Shown here: positions 36,457 through 51,700 of the stretch, piece by piece | Numbering within the stretch: position 1 is the first letter of the stretch | How the letters are laid out: every line of letters starts with the position of its first letter | From: Octopus vulgaris | Taxonomy: Eukaryota | Length of the DNA stretch: 64,000 nt | NCBI GenBank assembly: GCA_951406725.2 | Contig: OX597815.1 | Location: 107,012,001 to 107,076,000, forward strand | Reading direction: 5' to 3' | The notes under the pieces: generated by a model | Told to the model about the DNA's origin: nothing | Databases searched by the model: none | Seen by the model: only the letters and a program-made list of their open reading frames with translations | Program-made: the position numbers and the translations under genes

Positions 36457-36974
36457 ATATATATGTATGTATGTGTGTGTGTGTATATAAGCAAGCACAC
36501 ACAACTAATTGCTTTATTAAAGCAGTATATCTAAGCTTACACAATCACTCAAGGATTTACCTCTGACCAATATACAAAACATATTGAGACTTGAATCATG
36601 CTCACAGCTACATACATAATGCAAAATAATAGTAATAATAATAATAATAATAATAATATTGAAAGCGATTATTGTACATTTACAGTTGAAAAGTCAAAGC
36701 ACGTTAAAATGGAGAAAAAAAAAGGGAACAAAACTAAACTAACAATGACAACAACACTAAATATAATGATAATTTGTTAATTATGTATAGAGTCATTTTT
36801 GGCAAGGCAATTTCAATTTAGTTAAAGCATTTTGCCAAAGGAACACAAAGCAGAATGTGCGATGGAATATAAACTTATAGCCCATGAATCAGACATCAAC
36901 TACATTATGACTCAACCAATGTGTCCAATAATAATAATAATAATAATAATAATATTCATAATAATAATGATAAT

Positions 36975-37187
36975 GGTTTCAAATTTTGGCACAATGCCAG
37001 CAGTTTTGGGGGAAGGGGTAAGTCAATTAGATCAACCCCAGTGTCCAACTGGTACTTATTTCATCGACCCTAAAAGGTTGAAAGGCAAAGTCGACCTTGG
37101 TGGAATTTGAACTCAGAATGTAAAGACGGATGAAATGTCACTAAGCATTTTGCCTGGCATGCTAACGATTCTGCCAGCTCACCACTT
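36975..37187 (-). mobile_element. SINE related to the 3775-4001 family, CpG-decayed
   Basis: Aligns with 3840-4001; many of the differences are CpG>TpG/CpA. Confidence 0.85.
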
Positions 37188-40100
37188 AATAATAATAATG
37201 ATGATAATATAATAATAATAATGATGCATTTAGGAACTACATTACTGAAGAGCAAATAAAATTTTTCGTTTCAAGTCCTTTCTAAGTGATCTAAAATATT
37301 AATTTTAAAAATACATCAGAACATGAATTCAATACGAAACTAACTCATGCTTAATAAACCAAAAACTAAAATATGTATATGTATTTTTTTTTAAGGCAAA
37401 AAGGTACATTACGACACAATCAAATAGGATATGTTACAAGTATATTCAACAACAGAAAGGAATTGGGGTTCTAGTGGGAGGGGCAGGGATAATTTGACAG
37501 CCAAGGTTTTACTGCTTTCTAGAAAGAAATTCATCTTGTCAGATTGCAGTACAAGTACAAAGGAAACACATACACCCATACACATTAAACTCACAAATGA
37601 CATGCACTGCATGTACAATATATATATACATATATATATATATATTAAACATGTGAGTAAATTAAGTACACCAGTTGCTCTCAGACAAAAAGTTTAGCAT
37701 CATAACATTATCACTTGAAGACCTACTTGTTGGCAACATAAGAGCAATAGTCATGGAATGTGATAAATATTCAAATGCCTTATCCAGTTTTAAGCATGTT
37801 TGGTTAAAGCAAATATATCACAACTTTTTTCTTATATTTTTTTTTAAGTGTTTTTTTTTCCTGTTGTTCAATCATATAATTTTTTTTAGATGCAGTCCCA
37901 GTGTGAATAAAGCTCAGAGGCATTTTGTTTTGTAAACAAATAGTGTTAGGATTTAAACAATAGTTATTTTTTTTTATTTTTTTATTTTTTTAATAAAAAG
38001 TCAACAAAGTAGTGTAGTACTAGAGCACATAGATGTAGTAAGCCATTTTCACAACCATCTTCAGAAAGGCAAGAAACATCCAACTAACTTCCAATTATAA
38101 GTCCTAAAAGCTGAGCAGCCTTTCTTTTGTTGTTATTTTTTTGTTGGGTTTTGTTTTTCTTTTTTTTTTTTCATTTTATTTTTTAAAATATTTTTACTTT
38201 TTTTTAATACCTAATGTTGGAATGACCAACCAAATATTACTTACTAAGATCTGGTAGTTCATTCAATATTTATTTTTAAGACAGGATAACTATATTGAAA
38301 TTTTGATTTATAAAATAATTGAAAATAAATAAATAAAAATTATGAATGACATTTTTATAATGCTCGTATAGTGTTAGTTATTTTCCAGTAAAACAAGCAG
38401 GCATCACATTATTTAATTATATAATCTTAGAATCATTGACCAAATGATTTTTAAAAATAAATAAATAATATTAACCATAATATTAATAATGATAAAAATA
38501 ATAATACAAATGAAGGTCAATTGATTAAAGAAATTCTTTAACTGTGTATGTTTTGACCACAAGATTGACAAGGTGATTCACTCTATATTATTTAGCATTA
38601 GAATCAAAACATTAACAATTTATCTAGAAAGCAGAAGTTATATACACTGACCTGTCCCTCAACACAAAAGTAAGGTCCCAAAACCAATAATGGACAAGAT
38701 AAAAAAAAAATATTAAAATAGTTTTCCCGTGAGTTTATAAATGATAATGAAGAAAACTTCGTTGACTGGCTCTTTTGTTTCATTAATTTCTTTGTCTTTC
38801 GTAATACATAAAATCCCTCTAGATTTCATGTTTGTTCATCGATTTTTAGTTTTCTTCCTGACATCTTTGTTTTGCACCATTTCTTGATAAATTTTATTTA
38901 TAAAAGAGAGAGAGAAAGAGAAAGAGAGAGAAAAAGATTGGTAGTGTTGTTTGAATAGCTTCCCCCAGATAAGATTTTTAAAAAATGATGATAATAATGC
39001 TCCTATTTCATATGCATAGAAAAACAAAAACAAAAAAACTTAGCTTATAATTTAGCACAGCAGTTGATTTATCTGTAGATGCATGGATCCATGCTGGATT
39101 TCTTTTGCAGTTGTATTTTGAAAACAGAACCACCAAAAGAAAGGGAAAGAGCCAGCAAAATAGGTGCATAATAGTGCCATGCTTGATTAATAATTAAAAA
39201 GGTTAAAACAACAAGAAAAAAAAGGAAGAAAATACAGTAAAAGGAAACAAATACAAGAGGAAAAAAAATTTTTTTTATAATAAACAAGAAAACAAATTTA
39301 AAAAAGAAAACCAAATAAAATATTGATAAGCGGGGCAGATTTTGTTTTTACATAACAATGAGTAGTACTTTTTTATCCTGAGTAGCATAACAAATTTAAC
39401 TTCGTGCATGCGTGTGTGTGTGTGTGTGCGTGCGTGTGCTAGTACATATGTCTATATGATGCTGTATGTGTAATAAGAGAGCAAAGAAGGGGATTTACAA
39501 GAGATGCTTGAAAGAAAAAAATTACAAATAAAATTTTGAATAAATTACAAAGGAAATGTAAAAAAAAAGGAAAAAAGTGCAGCCCAACATCATCAGCAGA
39601 TAGTTATCTCAATTGGTCAACTAACAGGAACATTGGTAGAATAGTAAAACAAAAAATAATTTTTAGTATATACTCTATCACCCAAAGCATGGCAGGAATT
39701 GTGAAATTCAATAAAGCTCCCTCCTCTTCCTCCTTATTATTAAAAAATAAATAAAAGACTAGACTAGAACTTCTTTTCCAAGTTGATAAACATTTGGGAA
39801 TTTTTGCTTTTTTCATCTTGAAGAAGTAATACTAGTCTATAAATAAAAATAATAAACTGATGCTACCTGCATTTAAGCAGTGCCAGCTTAATTAAGATTA
39901 TTTTCACTAAATGAATGTAGTGATATATGTGTTTATATGTAGATGCAAGCATGGATGGAAATTATACATATATACATATATATATATAAGACCATATGCA
40001 CATTCATAACTATGTATATGAATCTATTTAAGCATTGATGTATTTCTATATGTTTATGTATGTGCAGCAATTTCATATAGCACACATGTATACACATAAA

Positions 40101-43100
40101 CTTCTTGTGAATGACAACCAAATTAATAGCTTGCTAATTAATTACACTGCTTAATATTCTCTTAACGTTTTCATATCCCCGTTCCCAGAAGGCTATAAAG
40201 AGGTATTACCAAAATGAGCCCAAATTAATAGCAGGTAGTTTGGAATCTACTATGTGAATAGAAGAAGCAGCCATGGAGTAACATAGTAGGGCAGTTGATA
40301 GACAATTTTACAGCAAATAGACAAGCTTTCTCTTTTGTGGGCACATTTTTTTTCGTTTCATTATGCAAGTTGAAGGATAGTATAAAATTTCTGTATAACC
40401 TCTTAAGTATGTGGCTGGTCAAGTAGATTCATTAATGCTTTTGGAAGCACAAGCAAATATTTAAACCAGCAGCCTTGCATTCACTACATCACTTGATATA
40501 AAATGCATCAAATAGCTTCATCAACAAAAACAGAGTCTGTGACATACAGATGTGCAGGAATGCACATATATAGCAGATAAAAGTTGTATATCCAGTAGTT
40601 TCATTAAGACATCTTCGGTTGATTTTTTTTTATTTTTAAAAATTTTTCTTGTGTTTAATTTATCTTTTTTTTTTGCTTTTCCTAATCATAAGCAATCACA
40701 TCGGGATCAATGATATCAGTGACTAGTATCCCCAACCAATATTAAAAACCTGAACAGAACAGTCATTTTCTCTACCGTAGGATTTATTTTCCAGAGTTTA
40801 TAGTTTGTTTTTGCAATTTAGAGTGTGCTTGCATAATATGTTCCACTAGCATCCTACTGATAAGTTTCTACCCCCAATTAAATCAATTGTTCATGGGGCT
40901 TATGTGTGCATGCATGTTTGTGTGCTAAATATATGTGAATGTGCGTATATACACACACACACACACATATATATACACACACACACAATTGAAATGACCA
41001 AAGATCACAAGAGGAATGCATAATCGAGTTAATCTAGAGGTGGACAGGATTTTCAGTTTTTTTTTCTCCTTAAAGCAAAGAAGTTGTATTTGGAACTAAC
41101 AACTGTGGAGAGGAACAGGAATTCATTAATATGGATTCATATTAGCAGGCAAGATGGTTTTGACTAGATAAAAACATAACAAGATGGGTCAGGCTGGAGG
41201 TGACATTGGAGCAGTAAGGGAAAGAGAAGAAAGAATTGAAAATTAATTTTAAATATTCTCATCTTTAGACAAGAGAAATTCTTCCAGCTGTTAGCAATTT
41301 AGCTAGTTTAGCAGAAGAGTTACAGTTAGTTTATTATTATCATTGTTTTATATATATATATAGATATATATATATATATTTGCACAAAACTTTTACCAAT
41401 ATTGAAATTATTCAAACCAATAGCATTCTATAACTAGTTAAACAAGACAACAATTAACAACATATTTGTAGTTATGGCTCCAAAATTTCAAGACATATTA
41501 ACAAGGCTTTCTTCCCTTTTGTTTATATACAAGGGGAGTCTGGTAGTGTGGAAATAGCTTGGAAATCTATGAAAATGGTCACGAGTCGATATGATAAAAT
41601 TATAGTTATTAAACCAAAACATGAAATATTTATGTGAGTATGCACCTGTGTGTATATGTGAGACATAAAATATAAGATATTTTTAAAAACAATCATAGCC
41701 TGATTCAGGATAATTCTATACATTTCCAAAAGGTCAACCACAGGTAATGACCAAATATATAGCAACAAACTTGTGTTTGTGTGTTTGTATGTATGTGGTG
41801 TGTATGTGTATGTATATATATATATACATATGTATTATTTGAAAACATACATATTTGTGTATATGTATACATATAGACATATTTGTATATAAGCATATAT
41901 ATACTTACATACATACATATATACACACACATACAAATTTACTTAGATTGTTACACATAGAAATATCAAAATATCACTTTAGAACTAAGAGCAACTAGGA
42001 TGTCAGCAAGAGGAGATGATTATTATCCTCAGTTTAATGCACTAAAATGTATTAACATATTCTTTTTTTCCTTACTCAGTAAAGCTAACAGTCATTCAAT
42101 TTTCAATAACTCACAATTTGATACATTAAAAAACATCATTCCAGGAGTGTCAACTAGCTACGAATAATGAATAGAAAAAATGGTGCTGAGTTAAGAAATG
42201 TTTATAGGCAAAGACTTAATAGGCTACAAATGTATACCCATAACTAGTGACATAGTCCAATAATTTTTTTTACCTCTTCTTTCTCTCTTTTTTTTTTATA
42301 CATTTTTATTAAACCAATTGATTGCAAAAGACAAAAAAGGTCTAGAGAGTGATTGATTGTAGCTGACACACATGCATACATATAAGCATGCTTGGTACAG
42401 ACATTTTGTAATTTTACCCGTGTGCATCTATTGTGTGAGGAGAATTCACAAGACAGGTTTCTATTACAGTTCACAGTATTTCCTCAGCAGTTCTATAAGA
42501 TACACATTTTGTGAAAGAACATTAAAATGCTCTGCATCTCCCTTCTATATGCACCAGCAGCATTGGTAGTATATGTGAACAGGTTAAATGGAGGGAAGTG
42601 CCGGAGGGAGAGGAATTAGAAGGGAGAGAAATGTTTAGATGGTATTAGCACCATGAAGGGCACTATGAATTTTTTTTTTTTTTTTTTTGTTTTTAGTAAT
42701 TTGCAGAGGTAAAGCTTTTTTCTAATGTTAAAACCATCTATTTGTCAAAAGTTTATTTAGATTCAAATGTACACAGAAACATGTATTTGTACCATAGAAT
42801 AGGATTGGTATGTGTAAGTACTTTGATTACAAATAATGATGATGTTCTTCAACAATTGATTTATATAATACCAGTACATTCTGCCTTCTTGCTGTTCAGA
42901 GTATCCCTGAGATTCACAGCACCATATGGTTCTGGATATTCAAATATTCACAAAGAATGCAGAGGAGGGAGTGGGGCACCTTCAAATAGAACATTAGATT
43001 TTTTTTCTTGCTTTCTTTATATTATATAGTTTGGAGATATCTAAATATTTTAGTATTTCAAAAGTGCTACTGATATTCACCAACCTTCAGTATTATGATG

Positions 43101-46100
43101 GTGATCTTTTGGCTAAGTAGCTTGAAAGAACAAAACTAATTTAAAGATAAATAGTTATTTTTAAAACTGGTAGTAGCTAGTTCGTTTCATAAGTATCCAG
43201 AAGCTAGGCTCACACAAAACTATTTTTTTAACTTCTGGTTAATTAGAGAAATAAACATTGCTTTAAGCAAAGAATACCAAGAAGCAGAATGGTCACTTGA
43301 TAAATATGGAATGGTTTCTTGTGCAAATATGTTTATTGTTCATTATTATATTCTATTTTTATTAAAGTTAATAACTATTTTTTTTTCTCTCAGTAAAGAC
43401 GGCAAGAATTTGGTAAGAAGGTTGTTTCCTTAAGAAAGGCATCAGTGTATTCAGCGCAAGACACAAAAGCAATAACAAATAAAAGATTAGAAAATAATAA
43501 ACAAGAACATAAAATGAAAAATAAAAAAAACATGAGAACAAGCTCCATTGATTACTAATCAAATTTGGAAATTCCATGAAAGAATAAGCTGTATGATGGA
43601 GACACTAACTATTGTTAAAATACAAAAATATCTTGCAATCCACTTTATGTTCACAATGACAAGCCACAAAAATGTAAATCTACTGCTGTTTCTTTAATAC
43701 ATCACAGAATTTACAATTTTCTTGGTTAATTGCATTCTTAATGTTAGCATGGACTAGGATATACTGCTGTTTAAATACACATATTGGCAGGTTCATCTTA
43801 CAAGTCATTCAACAGTTTAAAAACTGTTTAAGTTTTATATAAACCTCAACAAAAAAAAAAAACATTATAAAAAATATTTGGAAAAAGTAAATGGTACAAG
43901 TGTATATCATTTACGAGGTTGCAAAAAAAAAAAAAAAAGGAATAATTTAATTATTTAAATAATAATTTGAAACAGAATAATTTCTTATACTGATAGATTT
44001 TAGGAATCTGGAAATTTTTCTATATTAAGAATTTCAGCAAACTTGAGATTAAAGATAGTTAATAAGGAAATATATATTGAACGAGAACACAAACATTAAT
44101 AGCAAAAATGGAATGTGTAATATTTAGCTTAGCTAAAGGGTTTTCAAATAAATCTGTCAACTATTTTAATACTTATTTTATAAAGCTTTTTCAGATAGGA
44201 AGTTAGAGTGAAGAGGAAATAGGTATAGATACTTAAAATAAATTGACTGTCACATATGCAAGATGATTTGCAGACATGATTATATTTAGCTAAGTTATGG
44301 AATAAACAAGGAGTTCCTGTACAGACACTAACTGATTTAATAGTCAAATCTACAATGAATTCCTCACTGTCTTTAAAACAAGGGCTACATGTTCAATGTC
44401 ATCATATACTTTAGAACAGCATATCCCGCTATAAAGACAGAATGGTGCAGCTAAAAAAGCTAATCAAAGTTTACTTTTGATCTTTGTTATAATATTCAAA
44501 TTTAAGGTTTATGAACAATATGTTAGAGGGAAAAATGAAAAAAAATAGGAAAGACGTGTTCAGAAGCAAACTAATAAACAATATCTGATACACTAATAAG
44601 AAGGTAGAAAAAATTATATAATGATTTTAAAAAATGATAAAAACCCACAGCAACTGACTACAAAGGATCTTAATGAGCTTAATTTACTTAGGAGTTTTTT
44701 CAAGTTTTTAAACTTAGTATTTTCATTAGATTCAAAACAGTAAAAAACATTTTGTTTTCTAACTGAATTAAAAAAAGGCAACAAAATAACATCTAAGGGA
44801 TATTTATAGTAAGAAAAAGATGCTTCTTTTCAATACAAATTAAACCAGCTAGCTCAGATTGTAATAGTAAATTATAAATTGTTGACATTGATACAGTTTT
44901 TATTACTGCCTTGGAGCAAATCTCATTTCTTGAAAAAATATAAGGAACAATCTCCATAAAAATTCACTTATCAAAAGAAACAACCAAACAGAAATACACT
45001 GCTAAAAGCATACTTTCATATGAATTGGAGTCAAAAATGTCTTTGAAAGAACACCCACAACAACTTTCAAGTTGAAGAGCATCATCCGGCAAAAAGAGTA
45101 TCTGAATCATCACAAAAATGCTATAAAAACACACAATAGGAAGTGCATTTTTAAAATCATCTAATTTGCATTTTATGTTTTCATAAGGCTTGTGCTTAGA
45201 AATCAATATTCAAAGTGATAACTAACAAAACCATACCACTTATACACGCCTGTAACATCTATAAATACACACGCATACAATGGACAATTTCAACTTTAAA
45301 AAGAAGGAAAAAAAAAGATATATTCAATTTTGGAAGGATTTAGTAACAATTCACCATCATTTACAGAATATTTTTAATTGATTTTTTTAGAGTATTTTGT
45401 TAATTTATATTTTCTTCCAGCCTATCAACTTTACATAAATCTCCCAACTAAGAGAAAACAGCTCCATACAAAACAGTTCCATGTTAAATTTCCAAACTTT
45501 TTATGTAGGGACAATCAGTCTATATCATTGAGGTAGGAGAATATAAAATACAAAGAAAAAAAAAAAAGAAACATGTTTTTAAGTCAAGATGTATGCAATT
45601 GTCTTTCATTTTCCTGAATGCACATGCTAATAAAATAATGGTGTGGGCTAAATAACTAAACAAGTAACTAACTATTCAAGGATAAGAAGGATCATTTATT
45701 TCAGATAGACAATACATACATATATGCATATATATATATATATACACATACATATATATATAACTATTAAGAACTAAAAGCAAAATATACCTTATAGGTT
45801 CAAAATATTTATTTCTTTTCACACCCAGTGATGTTGTTGAAGAAATCTAGTCAATAAAAGTAATTTCCCAACTAGAACAATGTGTGCAAAAGATGAGCTT
45901 AATACAAATTTAATTATTATCATTGCCTCAAATGAAGATTATTTTAATCATTCAAGCCAGTAATCAAAATATAAGCATTGACTAGATCAGTATCTTGAAG
46001 TAATTCAGTTAATTGTTAAGATTTGTGTTCACAAGTTTGAAGTATTTTAGATTTGAGTAATCTGATCAAATATTATTGTTGAGAGGGAAAAGATGAAAAA

Positions 46101-48642
46101 TACTTCCCAATACTCAGATATTTCAAGATATGTTACTTTGAAATGCTTGGGATAGCATGACAGTGTCAACAGAATTAAAATTTGAAGTGGAGTTGACAAG
46201 CTTAGTAGTACTGGAACTTACTCCAAAAAAGAAAACAGAAACAGGGAGAAGGTGAAAGACAGCAAGAAATTATTTATAGAGAACTTATGCCAGATGTAGA
46301 GTTTTAATTTCAATCTTCAACATATGAACCAAAAAGATGTAATATGTTTTATTTTTATTCTCCTACACAGTATTCTTCTTTGGAATACAAAATTCTACAT
46401 TCAATTATTTTCTTGTTCTTAGTAATTTTATTCACTAATTTAGTTAAAAAATGAAAGATATGTCAATAGATATCAGATTAACAAATACATATGAGTAGCA
46501 AATTAAACAAAAGGATCACAAAGTCATTGTGTTACTACTGGTTGTTTAGCCTTTATAATAAGATTTAACTGAAGATTATTATCTTGCCTGCTTATTTATG
46601 TAAGTATTATTTATAAAAAAAGCAAGCACCAGAATGTTTAGATATTAAGTTAAATTTATAGTCTCGCTTCACATAATTTTCGGCTGATGAACCCATTATT
46701 AATACAAATAGATGTTGTTATCATCATAAGAAATATTTATACAAAACAAAGTAAAAGAAGATAAACATATATATGTGAAGCATACACAAGAGCTGGATTC
46801 AAAATTCACCAAGATGTACTATGAAATACTGTCACAGCTTTCTTAAAGTCCAGAACAAAACCTCATATATAAAGGCATATAAACAAATGTACTGCAGTGG
46901 GAAGCTTTGAATGCTTACAGTCAATAGCACTTGAACATCTGGATGTGATTTGAATTATATTTGAAAAAGATTCATATGATAGTTTGAAGATTATATCAAA
47001 TTATCTAGACTTAATAATACAAGAGGAAGAAAGACAAGATATCTATCTATCTATACATACATGTGTGTGTATATATATGCATTATTACTGAATATTACTG
47101 TCCTTCTAAACTAGAAGATACAGAAAGTTTCAAAATGATATGTGCTATAATATTGTTCATATACTCACATTTAAAATAGGTTAATCAAAACCTCCATTAG
47201 ATATTAAAACTTAAACTGTTTGACACTCAAAACTTTCTTAATAATCTATTAATACACAACTGAACCATAATCTAATGTTCCCCATTCTAGTGGATTTGAA
47301 GTGGGGGAGGGGAAGGTTCTAGACGGTATATCTTAATAGCACACACACACGCACAAATAGAAAACCACAGTTATATGTATGTATACACAGAAACATATAA
47401 TAAATTAAGAAAAAAATATACAAAGAACAGAATTGGAGTAAATGCAGCATAAGCAGAAACAATTTGTAACAGAAAACGCTTTTGAAAAACAGGTATTATC
47501 ATAAATACTGAGTAGTTTAAATATGACACTTGCCAAACAGTATGTAGTATGTGATGTAATGAAATATAAGCCTAAATACTAATTGTTTCATATAATTTCT
47601 AAAGAAAATTACAAACAAAGCACACACATACACCAAAACCAGATATGTTTAGTAACAAGTATTTTGCTTTCAATAGCTACATATCCATCCAACCATCCAG
47701 GTAATAGGTTTAATTTTGTTTTTATTTTTGCAAGATGTTTATTATGGTTTGGCCTTTTCTCTTTCTTTCTTTCTTTTTTTTTTTTTAGACTAGCAGGGGC
47801 AGAAGTCTATCCCAATCCAGAAGTTTTGAATATAGTTATGACTGCTCACATACCCCTTTATGGCAGTGCAACAAGTTAAGGAGGGAACGAGTTATGAAAC
47901 TGATCATTTTAATTGTTTGAAATGTTTTTTCAGTATTTTTTTTTTTCAGTAAATATCATTCTCATTGTTTCCATTATATATTTTTAAATAATTTGTTTCA
48001 ATATATAGTCATAGAAATAACTGCTATCAATTGTTGTAATTAGACAAGTTTTCCTTGGCCAAGAATTTATGCTTTTGGCACAATAATAATCATACAAAAC
48101 AACAAACAGCGACAATGTGTATGAGTTTGCATATGTATAAGATTATATCTTTTGTTTTTTGATAGAGTTCTTTTCTATGTATTTTTCTTGTTCAAACATG
48201 AGTTTGAAGGAAAAAAAAAAAGAAATTAAAACTTAACTACATATATTAAGAAGTTCAGTGAAACCAAACAGTTAAAAATTAAAACAATTAAAATAGAACA
48301 TACTTTGTTTTGGAACAATTATAACAGTGATAGTGAACAGTGGAACTAGTACAATATGAAGTGTTCGAGATTTTGAAGACAAAGTCAGATTGAACAATCA
48401 GAACTTGCAAACTTTTGTCTTTCATTCTTCAGTAAGCTCCGAATAACTGACTATAATAATTCTCCAAACCAAAATCTTACTCCAAAGTCATTCTTGTTTG
48501 TAATAAAATCAAAGGCTAGTAGTATTTCCTACAACAATGGGGAATTTTAATATGTAGTAAAAACAGCAGAAATGATCAAATCAGGTCTTTTCTTCAAACT
48601 ATCTAATCCCTAATTGGCATATCTATATTTCATAGCCACAGT

Positions 48643-48715
48643 TAAGTGTGTCTATGTCTGTATTACATATAGATACATAAGTGTGTCTATGTCTGTATTA
48701 CATATAGATACATAA
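48643..48715. repeat. Perfect 35-bp tandem duplication
   Basis: taagtgtgtctatgtctgtattacatatagataca occurs twice. Confidence 0.95.
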
Positions 48716-50204
48716 ACATACACACATACTCAAATGCATCCAATATTTTTCTTTTTAAAATTCAATTACCGTATTTAAAGCACTTTCACTTTTAAATGAG
48801 CAACAGGACTGCTATTATTATTGTCGTTGGTATTGCAGGTGTGATGGGGTTGAGGAGTGGTGGTGTTGCTGTTGGAAGAAAGTAGGCTTCACATTATTCC
48901 ATGTAAGCAAGGCAGGAAATGCTTTTTTTTTTTTTAAAGAAGAGGTCGAAGATAAACAGGGTGGAGAAATAATGGTTATATTAGATTCCTCATAGCAGTG
49001 GTGCAGCCAGAATGGTATATAAATATCAATGTTTTGTACATGTCATTCCAGCAAAATTTTAATAAAGGCTAATAAAAGGAATAAATTTTGAGTTTTTTCT
49101 TTCTTTTTTTTGGGGGGGGGAGGGGGGGTAAGGTAATGGGTAATTATAAAGAAAGGAAGTAATGAAGATGGCAAATAATTTTTAGAAAAAGAATATAAAG
49201 TAAATAACTTGATGCTACACTGGATGGAAACTTGTAACATATATTGTTAAAAATATTAATGACAACACCCCCCCCTTATATTTGATAATATGTTTTGCCT
49301 GCATAAAGGGAAATTACATGCTGACCATGTAAAATTTTTAGTATCATCTAAAATTCTGTTCTTACTAACATGAAAGAACAATGCTTAGTCTGCCTAAATA
49401 AGAGTCAGTCGTTCAATAAATTTTCTATTTTATACATACCCTGGCTGATAGAATGATGCCCTATGTTTAAAATCTGAGATTGTTTGAAACAAAAGCCAAT
49501 TTTCAAACATTCTCCTCTAACTGATTCTATTTTTGTTCATTCTTTGTCAACATGTTCAAAGACACCCTAGCAGAAGCATCAAAAGATTTAAGAATGTTTA
49601 TCACAGTAAAGAACTGTTAGTTGTGACTAAATGACAAATGATAATGAGAATAAGTCACAGCAATTTTTATATTAATTTTTTTTTCAGATGGGACAGCTTA
49701 AAAGAAAAAAAAAAAGATAAAGAAACATCTTTTTAAAAATCTTTATAAGATATATTATATAGATATACGTATATATTTTTTCGTTTGAAATATATGACTT
49801 TTAAAAATATTACTCTTCACTTGAAAAAGATTTTCTCCTCCTCTTCCTTTAGATATGTTTTCCAATCAAGAAATTTGACATTTCTTTCACATGCCTTGCT
49901 TCTTCATAATTAAGAGCCTAATGTTTCTAAGTAAACTTAATATGAAATCAGCTATAAATAAAGCACCAAAACAAAAACAAAAAAAAAAGAAAATAAAAGA
50001 AAAGAGAAAAGAAACCAATAATAAATAATTAAATATCCAAGTATATTTAGCTTGTTATTTAAATAAGAGTAAGGCAGAACTGGAAAAGATATTAGATAAG
50101 CAGACTAGTTTTCTCTTTGTAAAAATTTCTCAAATTACCAACAAAAAGCCAGTAATCCATTAAAAAGAAATGTTATTAATATTGATGATACTATATAATT
50201 GATT

Positions 50205-50420
50205 TCTTTTGATTTGGCACACAGCCAAATTTTTAAGGGAGATATACAGTTGGCTGAATTGATCCAGAATATAACCAGTACTTATTTTATCAACCTAAGA
50301 AGGATGAAAGGCAAAGTCAACCCCGGTGGGATTTGAATTCAGATCCAAAAGGGGCAAAACTTTATGCTGTAAAGCATTTAGCCCAATGCCTTACTGTCTT
50401 AGTCCTCACACCACCCTCGT
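50205..50420 (-). mobile_element. Old SINE of the same family
   Basis: ccagtacttattttatcaacc..aggatgaaaggcaaagtcaacc..ggatttgaa core. Confidence 0.7.
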
Positions 50421-51509
50421 GAAAGTACTCATAATAATAACAATAACAGTAATAAGAAAACCCAAGAACAGAAAGTAAGTTGATTGAAATTGGTAAAAAT
50501 AATTAATAACTTTCTATCACAGTATCTATGAGGGCTTTATTTTGACAGAAATAAGAAGTAAGGAAGCTATGGTCCTTGAAAGACAATGGAGAGAGAGAAG
50601 GCAGAATGATTGCACAACTCCAGCTTATATTTGAAGTTCATCAATATTCTAACTTATGAACCGTCTTAACATATAACTGAACAGCATCTTTCATAATACT
50701 TCTAGCAGTATGTCGTTGATAAAACTACAAAATGACAAAGAGATCAATGAAAGTAACTTTTAATCAGGAGCACATGTCTGAAAGCTTTCTTTTTGTCTAA
50801 TATTCACATATTCTTTGAGCAGTATATTTATTACCGTAGTCTGGACCAGCATTTAAACCTAGTAACAGGAATAAATGCATTCAATGTTCCCAATTTGAAC
50901 CTATGAAATAAATACATGTATGTCTATGTCATCTCCAGTATGGATATATTTTTGGTCAGATCAGGTTTTTTAGGGACTTTGAAAGGATCAATGTTTGAAG
51001 CTCTGTATGAGAGAAATAATCCCATACTGTGACATAAGACAACCAACTTTTAATGCATTTCCAATGAAATGTTTTCTAATTCCAAATGTGATTTTACAAA
51101 AATAAGCGACGTTTAATCACACAAGTATTGAAGAAATGATAGAAATAAAACTAAGTAATTAATGAGGCTTTCTCAACAGTAATATCTGCTAACTTACAAA
51201 GGTAGGAAAATATATGGGAGACAGTCAATAGCATCATATGAGAAAGAGAAAAAGAGAGCATTATGACAAGTGTGAGGCAAGAAGAGAATAAAAAATGTGT
51301 AGAAAATGAATTAAAGAATGCTATACAAAGATGAACAATGGCTTGGATCCAAAGGATAATCATAATTACAAATCAGTAGTCGATTGTCAAGTTTCAGTGA
51401 AAAACTAAAATATAAAATGTGAGGGAAAAAGATGAAATTCCAACTAATTTTTAAAATGAGCTTAGAATTTTGCCAACTTTATAAAGCTAATGATGTTTTA
51501 CATTTGTAG

Positions 51510-51700
51510 TAGACCACAATTTTGCAGGGAAGGAATATAGTAAATTAAGTCAATCACAGTACATGATTGATACTTATTTTAATTACTCTTGGAGAAATAA
51601 AAGTAAAGTCGATCCCAGCAGGATTTGAATTCCAAATACAGAAGGATGAAACTAAATACTGAAAGACATTCTGTCCAGTTATCTTATTCTGAGTCACTAA
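51510..51700 (-). mobile_element. Very old SINE of the same family
   Basis: tacttattttaatt..aaagtaaagtcgatcccagcaggatttgaa core. Confidence 0.55.
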
